Below are positions 17,159 to 25,072 of a DNA stretch of 64,000 bases, piece after piece. Below the pieces are notes generated by a model. The model saw nothing but the letters and a program-made list of their open reading frames with translations, did no database searches and was not told the DNA's origin. Origin of the DNA: a virus (Duplodnaviria; Caudoviricetes); the IMG/VR virus record IMGVR_UViG_3300033463_000080, positions 15,253-79,252 of that record, one strand, 5' to 3'. Positions within the stretch are counted from its first letter, which is position 1; each line of letters starts with the position of its first letter. Made by a program: the position numbers and the translations under genes.

Positions 17159-17233
17159 GGGACTATCGTCCCTGACCATCGTCCGGAGCGGACCGGGCGA
17201 CGGTCAGGGACGGCCGCCGGAGCGGCCGCCCTT
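17159..17233 (-). repeat. Junction element, family 2, copy 2
   Basis: 23 nt identical to copy 1 at the 5' end and 10 nt at the 3' end; immediately after the stop of 17235..17921. Confidence 0.8.
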
Positions 17234-17234
17234 G

Positions 17235-17921
17235 TCAATGCAGGTCGACTTCAGATGTCTCACCGAACGGGCAACCCCGGCCGGCCTTCAGACACGCTTC
17301 GCAGTTTCCGGGACATTTCCATGCGTCCGGATCGTGTTCGGTTCCGGGCATGACGCATCGGAATGTCGGCATGTTGTACGGGTTCGGGCATTCCATGCCT
17401 TCCCATATGGAAAACATGACGGACAGGTTAGCGGGCAGGTTTTCTTTTCCGTTGTCCTTCAACCACTGGTTAACCGCATAGTAGTTTTTTGTGTATGTCC
17501 AGAATATCCAGTCCGGATGATTCCGGGCGATTTTAACCATACGGTCGAAGTAGTCAGTATCCAGAATGTCCCCGGATACATGCCATCTGAAGTACTTGTG
17601 CGCCCTGCATTTTGAGATGTACCTGTCAATCTGGGCGAATGTCGCCGCCCTGTTTAGGTACATCATAGCAGTATTCTCAGCGCGCGCTATTCGTACGTTT
17701 AAGTACTGCCAACATGCTTTAATGTCGTAGCAGTACCGGACACATCCGGAGCAGTTTGCGCATGTATGGCCCGGGGCCATGCTGAAGTTATGTGTGCGGC
17801 CTATCTTCGAATTTCCTTTACTTATGTGTAACTTCAATTCGTCATAGGGTCGCGCCATAAAGCTGTCAATCAAGGCGCGCAGGGTCGCGAGGATGCGCTG
17901 TAAGGTTTCAAACATGTACAT
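17235..17921 (-). CDS. GP88-like Cys-rich phage protein
   Basis: KGNSKIG, CANCSGCVRYCY, YFRWHVSGDI, WTYTK motifs. Confidence 0.7.
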   Translation of the reverse strand: MYMFETLQRILATLRALIDSFMARPYDELKLHISKGNSKIGRTHNFSMAPGHTCANCSGCVRYCYDIKACWQYLNVRIARAENTAMMYLNRAATFAQIDRYISKCRAHKYFRWHVSGDILDTDYFDRMVKIARNHPDWIFWTYTKNYYAVNQWLKDNGKENLPANLSVMFSIWEGMECPNPYNMPTFRCVMPGTEHDPDAWKCPGNCEACLKAGRGCPFGETSEVDLH

Positions 17922-18403
17922 TTTTCATTCCACCTTTCATTTTTTGTTCGCCTTGACAGGCGTCCGGAACCTATGCATTTTTCATGGACTCCGGACGCCT
18001 GTCATGTTTTTACATGACAGGCGGAGGAAAAAAGCAGGTTTTTCTTTACGGCGTTGTTCAGCGGAATCAGCGAGACCCGTTACGTCAATCTCACAAGTTG
18101 TGAGACCGTCCCTGCTAGGGACTATGCTTTGCTTTGTCAAGGCGCTTAGCGTTGGGACTGCTCCAACGTTGCCCGCGTCGTTGTCTCCGACGCGGCCCGT
18201 CGTCGTTGCCTCCGACGGCCTTCCGCTTGTTCGTACCGTTTCCGCAACTTCTCCCGGTTAACGTTTACAGGGTTATCAGTGGCCTTCTGGCTGAGCAGCG
18301 TTTCCGCTGTCCGTTGACTCTGTCCGGCCCTGTGTCGCCTTCCGTTGTCCGTTGCGGTTAAGTTGTCAAGGTTCGTTGTCGGTCGTTCGGTTCCTTTTGA
18401 CAG
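17922..18403 (-). ncRNA. Putative ~490-nt structured non-coding leader RNA
   Basis: Lies between promoter P1 and the first RBS-led gene; multiple hairpins; 13 GGA and about 8 CAACG motifs in the 5' 300 nt. Confidence 0.5.
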
Positions 18404-18407
18404 TGTT

Positions 18408-18436
18408 ATCATAACACTAATTCGTTATCTTTTCAA
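18408..18436 (-). promoter_or_regulatory. Main promoter P1 of the accessory operon
   Basis: TTGAAA-17 bp-TATGAT with extended TG and an AT-rich upstream region. Confidence 0.8.
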
Positions 18437-18482
18437 TATATTTTGTTTTTCATGTGTAGGTTTGTCTTTTTCTTTTCTGATG

Positions 18483-18518
18483 CGTATAACCCCATGGGAC
18501 TACCCATGGGGTTATACG
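18483..18518. repeat. Perfect 16-bp inverted repeat
   Basis: CGTATAACCCCATGGG-ACTA-CCCATGGGGTTATACG. Confidence 0.9.
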
Positions 18519-18572
18519 TGACTAACTAATACAGGCTTGTTACCCCCTCAACCACCCAAAAGTCAAAAAAGG

Positions 18573-18601
18573 TTGACACGAACACGAAATCGTGATACTA
18601 T
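18573..18601 (+). promoter_or_regulatory. Sigma-A promoter with operator-like palindrome
   Basis: TTGACA-17 bp-TACTAT; CACGA-AA-TCGTG in the spacer. Confidence 0.75.
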
Positions 18602-18630
18602 ATTTATGATCAATTTTCGGAGGTGGATTT

Positions 18631-18903
18631 ATGAACGAGAAGGAAATTCTACGGGAAGCGATGGCTCTGTCCGGGACCAGCCAAAGTGAACTGGCAGATA
18701 GGCTTGGTTATTCTCATCAGAGTGCGATTGGCAACCTGTTTAATACGAAGGTCAGAAACAGTATGCGCGTTGATATTCTTGTGAAAATGATCAACGCGAT
18801 GGGTTACGATCTGATTGTTCGCGGCCGCGAAGAGGTGCATGCTCCAGGCGGCGCATCGTACATCCCGGAATGGAAGGTCAGCTGCAATGGAAGCAAAGAG
18901 TAA
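18631..18903 (+). CDS. XRE-family HTH transcriptional regulator
   Basis: SQSELADRLGYSHQSAIGNL helix-turn-helix. Confidence 0.8.
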   Translation: MNEKEILREAMALSGTSQSELADRLGYSHQSAIGNLFNTKVRNSMRVDILVKMINAMGYDLIVRGREEVHAPGGASYIPEWKVSCNGSKE

Positions 18904-18907
18904 TAGC

Positions 18908-19081
18908 ATGACGCGGGAAGAAAAGGAGTACCTGGTATCGAAGGTGACAGATTTGCTGATGCGTGACGTGCTGAGTCGGGAAGACTCAGTAATCATCCTC
19001 CGGATATGTTCGAACGCATGCGACCGCAGGATCCGTGAACTGGAGCGGAGCGAACCCACCCGGGTCGAAAACGTGCAATAG
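18908..19081 (+). CDS. Hypothetical protein
   Basis: MTREEKEYLVSKV... following the HTH gene. Confidence 0.5.
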   Translation: MTREEKEYLVSKVTDLLMRDVLSREDSVIILRICSNACDRRIRELERSEPTRVENVQ

Positions 19082-19116
19082 GTTCTAAGAAAGTTGGTTT
19101 TGAAAAATCCCGAAAA

Positions 19117-19596
19117 ATGCAAAAAGGGGGCATGTGGTTGATCACGATTTTCATCGGATTACTGGGCGGGATACTGCTGGTGGGAATGGCGTTGGAGGGC
19201 AACTGGGGCGCGTTCGGGTTATGTGCGTTTATCCTTTTGTTTTTGTGGTTGTGCGCGTCTGATGAGCGGAAGGACTGGAAAGCGTACCAGAACCGGCGCG
19301 ACTACTGGGCAATGAACGGCGCGGACCGTGCCAGAGCGAGGAAGCGATGGCAGGACGAAGCGAAGATGCAGGACATGCGCATGCGTGCCGCGGCGGAGGA
19401 ACGCAGGGCGGCCAGGATGAGGAAAGAGATGAGCGAGAGCCAGCGGGATGAATCGGAAAGCACGGTCCGATGCTTTGTATGCGACAACTGCCACAAGGCG
19501 GTATGGAACGCAGGACATTTTTGTTTAGTGGGCGGAAAGCCTGCGATGGTGTATTACTGTCCGGAGTGCGGAAAGTGCGTAATGATCGTCAGGTAA
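19117..19596 (+). CDS. Membrane protein with C-terminal zinc ribbon
   Basis: Two hydrophobic segments; CDNC...CPECGKC. Confidence 0.65.
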   Translation: MQKGGMWLITIFIGLLGGILLVGMALEGNWGAFGLCAFILLFLWLCASDERKDWKAYQNRRDYWAMNGADRARARKRWQDEAKMQDMRMRAAAEERRAARMRKEMSESQRDESESTVRCFVCDNCHKAVWNAGHFCLVGGKPAMVYYCPECGKCVMIVR

Positions 19597-19618
19597 GATA
19601 AGTAAGACGCAGAATTGC

Positions 19619-19657
19619 GGGAATGAGCGGTGAAGAGCCGCTTGTTCCCGTTTTTTT
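19619..19657 (+). terminator. Intrinsic terminator
   Basis: GGGAATGAGCGG-TGAAGAG-CCGCTTGTTCCC followed by a T run. Confidence 0.7.
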
Positions 19658-19669
19658 ATTAAGGGAGAA

Positions 19670-19987
19670 ATGAGAATGGTAAAGATTGATATGGAAATGC
19701 CGCTGGAGTGCCACGAATGCCCGTTCCAGCTGAAGTTTAAGGATGGCGAAGCGGATGCGTTTTACATGCGCAGGTGCGTTATTGAAAACAGGCGCATTGA
19801 GTATCCGCGGCCCGAGTGGTGTCCGCTGCGGGAATGTGAGGACACAAATGGCCTGATTCATAAGATTGGTTCAATTATTACGGTTCACGGGCAGAGCGAC
19901 AGGCGGTTTCATCTTGGAGAGATCATCAGGTACGCTCCGAGCGAAGTGGAGAAGATTCTGCTTGAGCATGTGGACGAACTGAAGTAA
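19670..19987 (+). CDS. Cys-rich hypothetical protein (paralog of 1639..1836)
   Basis: Shared CxxCPF and RPxWCPL motifs. Confidence 0.65.
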   Translation: MRMVKIDMEMPLECHECPFQLKFKDGEADAFYMRRCVIENRRIEYPRPEWCPLRECEDTNGLIHKIGSIITVHGQSDRRFHLGEIIRYAPSEVEKILLEHVDELK

Positions 19988-20000
19988 AGGCGGTGTCGGC

Positions 20001-21647
20001 ATGAACGAACTGGAACTGATCCGGAAGAGCATTGACCGGCATCCGGACGACGCGCCGGTGTATCGGGACGCACTGGCCGTGCTGTACGAAGGGATTGAGC
20101 GCGGGGAAGCGTGGCACGGGGAGAACCGTGAACTGCGAAAGAAGATCAGCGGAGCGATCAAGCGTGCCGGTGATCAGCGAAGTGCGGAGATCCTGAATGA
20201 CACGTACTATAAGAGTTTGTTGATTGACGCGCCTTATGATTATGACAGTTTTCTGTTGTATCTTGAGAAAAACAGGAAACCGGAGGACAGGTTTTATCTT
20301 CCGAGAAGGAAGGTGCTGCGTCCGATTGTGGAAGCGTTTCAGGAGGTTGCGGACGGCAAACTGGATCTACTGACGGTTAGTCAACCGAAAAGGACCGGCA
20401 AGACAACTCTTGGAACGTGGTTTGTGCTGTTCCGCGCGGGACAGCATCCAAAGGGAAGCAGCGTATGTTCGGGCGCTGGGGATATGTTGGTAAAAAGTTT
20501 CTATACGGGGATGCTGGAGGTACTTCAGCAGACGGATAAGTATGCATACTATGATATTTTCCCTGAGGCGAAGCTTGTAAGTACGAACGCTGATGAGAAA
20601 ACGTTCAACCTGATGGAAAAGAAGCGGTTTGCAACTGTAACGTGCCGTCCGATTGACGGACAGATTACAGGATCAACGGAAGCTACACCGGATGGGTTGA
20701 TCTACCTGGACGATGCCGTAAAGAATGAGGAAGAGGCCGTAAACAGGGATCGTCTGGACTTCTTGTGGGACAAGGTACGCGGCGATATTCTGGGCCGCCG
20801 GCTGGAAGGATGCCCGATTGTTGCCCAGGGAACGCGGTACAGCCTGTATGATCCGCTGGGAAGGCTGCAGGAAGTGGCACCGGAGATGAACTGGCGAACA
20901 AAGATTCTGGAGATCCCTGCGCTGAATGAACAGGATGAAAGTAATTTTGAGATTACGTTACACGGGAAAAAGATGTTCACGAGCGCATACTACCAACACG
21001 AACGCGAACTGGTGACAGAGATGCAGTGGATGAGCCAGTTTCAGCAACAGCCGTTTGAGGCGAAGGGACGGTTGTTCCCCGAAGATCAGTTGAACCGGTT
21101 CTTCAAACTGCCGGACCGTGATCCGGATGCGATTGTTGCAGCGTGCGATACTGCCGAGAAGGGCAGCGACAGCGTTTGTCTTCCTGTGGCGTATATTTAC
21201 GGGGACGACGTCATGATTGCGGACTGCGTGTTCAGTAACGCAACGCCGGAGCATACAAAACCGGCCTGTGCGAACGTGCTTGTACGGAACAAGGTTGCGG
21301 TGGCACAGTTTGAAAGCAACAGCGCGGGTGAGTATTTTGCCAGGGACGTAGAAAAGCTTGTGCAGAAACAGGGGGGTAAGACAAGTATCCGTCTGAAGCG
21401 AAATCAAACAAAAAAGACTACCCGGATTGAGGTGGAAAGTGATTATATCCTGAAACATTTCTATTTCCTGGACCAGTCGATGTATAAGCGAAACAGTGAT
21501 TATGGGATGATGATGCGGGAGTTTACGACATACACGCGCAACGGAGCCGTGAAGCACGACGATGCACCGGACGGACTAAGCCAACTTTCGGATTTGATCA
21601 GGAATACGGTAAGTCCGAAGGCAAAGGTGTTTGCGCGACCGTTTTAA
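20001..21647 (+). CDS. terL: Terminase large subunit
   Basis: SQPKRTGKTT Walker A, LIYLDD Walker B, CDTAEKGSD nuclease motif, KHDDAPDG. Confidence 0.92.
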   Translation: MNELELIRKSIDRHPDDAPVYRDALAVLYEGIERGEAWHGENRELRKKISGAIKRAGDQRSAEILNDTYYKSLLIDAPYDYDSFLLYLEKNRKPEDRFYLPRRKVLRPIVEAFQEVADGKLDLLTVSQPKRTGKTTLGTWFVLFRAGQHPKGSSVCSGAGDMLVKSFYTGMLEVLQQTDKYAYYDIFPEAKLVSTNADEKTFNLMEKKRFATVTCRPIDGQITGSTEATPDGLIYLDDAVKNEEEAVNRDRLDFLWDKVRGDILGRRLEGCPIVAQGTRYSLYDPLGRLQEVAPEMNWRTKILEIPALNEQDESNFEITLHGKKMFTSAYYQHERELVTEMQWMSQFQQQPFEAKGRLFPEDQLNRFFKLPDRDPDAIVAACDTAEKGSDSVCLPVAYIYGDDVMIADCVFSNATPEHTKPACANVLVRNKVAVAQFESNSAGEYFARDVEKLVQKQGGKTSIRLKRNQTKKTTRIEVESDYILKHFYFLDQSMYKRNSDYGMMMREFTTYTRNGAVKHDDAPDGLSQLSDLIRNTVSPKAKVFARPF

Positions 21648-21659
21648 GGAGAGACATGA

Positions 21660-22391
21660 ATGTATAATAAAGGCAAGCCAGCACCGAATGCTAAATACAA
21701 CAACCCGGAATTCATTGGCAAAAAATTTGGACGATTGACCGTGCTTGAGATCAATCACGCCATGCAGGGAAAGTACAATAAGTGGATGTGGAAGTGCAGA
21801 TGCGACTGCGGAAACATTGGAGAATATCGCAGCGAATATGTTTGCAGTGGCCATACGACGTCATGCGGATGCGCATTGCTCGATAATAAATCAAACCTAC
21901 AACACGGAGAATGCAAAAGCAGATTACATACAATCTGGTGCGTAATGCGTGAGCGTTGCAGGCCGGGTCACATGGCTTCCCATTGGCATGGAGATCGTGG
22001 GATCTCGGTATGCCAAGAATGGAATGACTACAAAACGTTCGCGAAATGGGCGAAAGAGAGTGGATACAATGACACGATGAGCATTGAAAGAATAGATAAT
22101 GACGGAAACTATTGCCCGGAAAACTGCAAATGGATTCAGCGCCCACTGCAGGCAAGAAACAGAAGGACAACTATGTATGTTGATTATAACGGAGAAAGAA
22201 TGTCGTTGGCTGAAGCATGCGAACTTGCAAACGTTCCGTACAAACAAACATGGGAAAGAATTAAACGCCTTGGTTGGCCTGCTGAGAAGGCATTATCAAT
22301 ACCGATTAACGAAACCAGAAAATGGAAGAGAAGCGAAAGATTCTGCAAGCAGGCTTTTAATTTACCATCTGATACCGCGAAATGTGATTAA
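21660..22391 (+). CDS. Free-standing HNH homing endonuclease
   Basis: GKKFGRLTV, WKCRCDCGN, RGISVCQEW, SIERIDNDGNYCPENCKW; AT-rich. Confidence 0.85.
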   Translation: MYNKGKPAPNAKYNNPEFIGKKFGRLTVLEINHAMQGKYNKWMWKCRCDCGNIGEYRSEYVCSGHTTSCGCALLDNKSNLQHGECKSRLHTIWCVMRERCRPGHMASHWHGDRGISVCQEWNDYKTFAKWAKESGYNDTMSIERIDNDGNYCPENCKWIQRPLQARNRRTTMYVDYNGERMSLAEACELANVPYKQTWERIKRLGWPAEKALSIPINETRKWKRSERFCKQAFNLPSDTAKCD

Positions 22392-22406
22392 AATATTACG
22401 AAACGC

Positions 22407-22436
22407 TTGACAACATACAATATCTTGTGTAATAAT
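22407..22436 (+). promoter_or_regulatory. Promoter upstream of portal gene
   Basis: TTGACA-17/18 bp-TAATAAT. Confidence 0.65.
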
Positions 22437-22493
22437 GCATGCGAGGAATACTGTTCTGTTTTCTTCGTGACCCTGTGAAGAGACGGAGTACTG

Positions 22494-22535
22494 AGACGCT
22501 GAATGGCGAGAGATCGTTGGTTCAGCGTCTTTTTC
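22494..22535 (+). terminator. Terminator-like leader hairpin (copy 1, homologous to 56276..56316)
   Basis: AGACGCTGAATGGCG-AGAGAT-CGTTGGTTCAGCGTCT-TTTT. Confidence 0.65.
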
Positions 22536-22561
22536 TATATCTGCGGACGGAGGTGAGCGGG

Positions 22562-24280
22562 TTGGGCCTGGAAGTCTACGACGTCAGTACGACGGCAGGG
22601 GTGAACTTTGACACCGAAATCGCAAAGAGGCTCCGTGGCCGCAAACAAATATTCTCATCGGTGGAGGAAGTCACGGACGAGAACGTGATCGACGTGCTGA
22701 CAAAGGCGCTTCCGATTCATGAACTGAACCGGGCGGAAGAAATCTTCCTGAAAAACTACGAGCGCGGCCAGCAGCCGATTCTGTACCGCCATAAGCAGTA
22801 CAACGCGGAGATTAATAACACGATTGTGGTAAATATCGCCAATGAAATCGTGACGTTCAAAACGAGCGAGTTCGCGGGCGAACCCATCATGTATATCTCG
22901 CGCGGAAGCGGTCAGCGGGAAAAGGCCGGCGAGATCTCCGACGTTCCGGATAAGATCGCGCAGATCAACAGCATGATGGTCAGCGAGGACAAGCAGAGCG
23001 AAGACTACAAGCTGGCATACGAGATGTTTACCTGCGGTGTTGGGTACCGGCTGGTGCTGCGGGACGACAAAGGGAAGTCTCCGGACTACCTGGATGAAGC
23101 GCCGTTTGAGATTCATGTGCCGAACACGGAAAACACGTTTGTGGTTCGCCGGAGCGACGTGACCAAGCGTGTGCTGATGGGCGTCACGTATGTGTATCGC
23201 GGGGAAAACAGCACGGATCCGGAGTACGCGGTGTACACGCCGAACGTGAAATACACGATTGCGGCGGCGGACGGCGAGTCCATGAAGATCATTAAGCGTG
23301 AACAACACAACTTCGGCATGGTCACGCTGATCGAGTATCCGTGTAATCCGAACTACATGGGATCATTTGAGCCGGTCGTGCCGCTGATGGATGCGATCAA
23401 CCTGACGCAGAGCAACCGTCTGGACGGTATCGAGCAGTTCATTCAGGCGCTGATGGTATTCGACGGTGTGGATATTTCCCGGGAAGACTTCCTGGAACTG
23501 AAGGATCTCGGCGCGATCAAGCTTCCGGCGACACAGAATGCCAGCGGCGGCAAGAAACTGTACTATCTGAACGAGCAGCTGGACCAAAGCCAGACGCAGA
23601 CGCTCGTAAACGATATGTACAAGACGATCCTGCAGATCGTTGGCATGCCAAGCCAGGGCGACGGGAACAGCAGCGACAGCAGCAATAACGGCGCGATGAT
23701 CCTGAAGAACGGCTGGTGGCACGCGGAAGCGCGGATGCTTGAAACGCAGAGCATGTGGCGCAAGGCGGAAACGGATTTCCTGAAGGTTGTGCTGAAGATC
23801 TGCGCGGACGGGAACCTCATCAGCGGCCTGAAGATTAGCGACATGGAGCCGAAGTTCTGGCGGCAGAGTTACGAGGATCTGCTGGTGAAAACCCAGAGTT
23901 TCAGCACGCTGAGGACGAGCGGAATGCCCGCGATTCAGGCGTTTACATTCAGCCATCTGAGCCGCGATCCGGAAAGCGACGCGCTGGTGTACGAAGAGTA
24001 CCAGGCGCGGCTGGCTGCCGAACTGGACCGGCTGAACGGCGTTGCGGAAGGGTTGCCGCTGGACGAGAACGACACAGTAAACCCGACAACGACGGAAGGC
24101 GTGCAGGCCGAAGCGGAAACGCAGGAAAACGAGGACGGATCCGGAAAGAGCGAGGGCCAGTGGGCCATCTGCCCGGTATGCGGCAAGCGGTTCCTGAAGA
24201 AGGAAAGCAACCAGGTGTACGACTCCATTGCGTGCGCGAACAAGGCGCGGCGTGACAGCGGGGTCGGGTTCAGGCGGTGA
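22562..24280 (+). CDS. Portal protein (SPP1 gp6-like)
   Basis: GGAGGTG RBS with TTG start; NNTIVVNIANEIV, GEPIMY, GSFEPVVPLMDAINLTQSNRLD. Confidence 0.88.
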   Translation: MGLEVYDVSTTAGVNFDTEIAKRLRGRKQIFSSVEEVTDENVIDVLTKALPIHELNRAEEIFLKNYERGQQPILYRHKQYNAEINNTIVVNIANEIVTFKTSEFAGEPIMYISRGSGQREKAGEISDVPDKIAQINSMMVSEDKQSEDYKLAYEMFTCGVGYRLVLRDDKGKSPDYLDEAPFEIHVPNTENTFVVRRSDVTKRVLMGVTYVYRGENSTDPEYAVYTPNVKYTIAAADGESMKIIKREQHNFGMVTLIEYPCNPNYMGSFEPVVPLMDAINLTQSNRLDGIEQFIQALMVFDGVDISREDFLELKDLGAIKLPATQNASGGKKLYYLNEQLDQSQTQTLVNDMYKTILQIVGMPSQGDGNSSDSSNNGAMILKNGWWHAEARMLETQSMWRKAETDFLKVVLKICADGNLISGLKISDMEPKFWRQSYEDLLVKTQSFSTLRTSGMPAIQAFTFSHLSRDPESDALVYEEYQARLAAELDRLNGVAEGLPLDENDTVNPTTTEGVQAEAETQENEDGSGKSEGQWAICPVCGKRFLKKESNQVYDSIACANKARRDSGVGFRR

Positions 24281-24927
24281 CGCCGGTGAACGTAGAGAAG
24301 GTCGGGTATTACGAGGCCTGCGACGAAGCCATCAAAGCGATGAACCGGGAGAACCTGGAAGCGTTCGGTAAGCTGAAGATGGCAAGGTGGGATGAGGTAA
24401 ACGTCATCCGGACGGTCACGTCAGTTTACCGGAAGAGCGCGAAGAAGGCGCGGCAGCGGTACTACGAGGTGGCATTTGAAGCATACCTGCTGATGATGGC
24501 GATGTGCGACGTAGATCCGAAGAAAGCACATCGGATGGCGGAAAAGGCGATCACGGAAGTCTGGGTGGACCGGATCCTGTCAGAAACGGACTTCGTTACG
24601 CTGTACCGGTTTGACGCGGAAACGGAGCGCAAGGCGTACCGTCTGGCGGAAACGCTGGAAGTTGCAAGCGACCGGGACGCGGAAATCAACAAGGCGCTCC
24701 GGTACTGGAGCCAGCAACTGGGGCAGTACGCGATCAACTTCACGGACTATGCGATGATCCAGGCAATGGAAGACGCGGGCGTGGAGGAAACCGAGTGGGT
24801 GACGATGAAGGACGAGAAGGTTTGTCATTCATGTGGCCCGCTTGATGGCAAAGTTTTCCGGTTGGATGAGATCCCCACAAAGCCTCATCCCGGATGCAGA
24901 TGCAGGCTTCAACCAAGAGTCAAGTGA
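24277..24927 (+). CDS. Head morphogenesis/minor capsid protein (SPP1 gp7/Mu F-like)
   Basis: WVTMKDEKVCHSCGPLDGK...PHPGCRC. Confidence 0.85.
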   Translation: MTPVNVEKVGYYEACDEAIKAMNRENLEAFGKLKMARWDEVNVIRTVTSVYRKSAKKARQRYYEVAFEAYLLMMAMCDVDPKKAHRMAEKAITEVWVDRILSETDFVTLYRFDAETERKAYRLAETLEVASDRDAEINKALRYWSQQLGQYAINFTDYAMIQAMEDAGVEETEWVTMKDEKVCHSCGPLDGKVFRLDEIPTKPHPGCRCRLQPRVK

Positions 24928-24981
24928 TGTAAACGCAATTTGCGATTACATAAATGCGAACCTTATCAATTGAAGATGGAA

Positions 24982-25066
24982 ACTTGGCGGATAGGCCGAC
25001 GGGCCGAAGAGTGGAGACGCCTTACCACCTGCCGCCAAGTAACCATAAAGGCGAACTACGGAGGCG
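24982..25066 (+). ncRNA. Putative structured cis-regulatory RNA upstream of HNH gene
   Basis: ACTTGGCGG/CCGCCAAGT outer stem, two inner hairpins, loop CGCCTT complementary to downstream AAGGCG and GAGGCG (SD). Confidence 0.5.
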
Positions 25067-25072
25067 ATAGTT

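Noticed and set aside
18146-18412. 88-aa ORF in the leader
   Set aside because: Its ATG lies within the -10 box (TATGAT), it has no RBS and its composition is low-complexity
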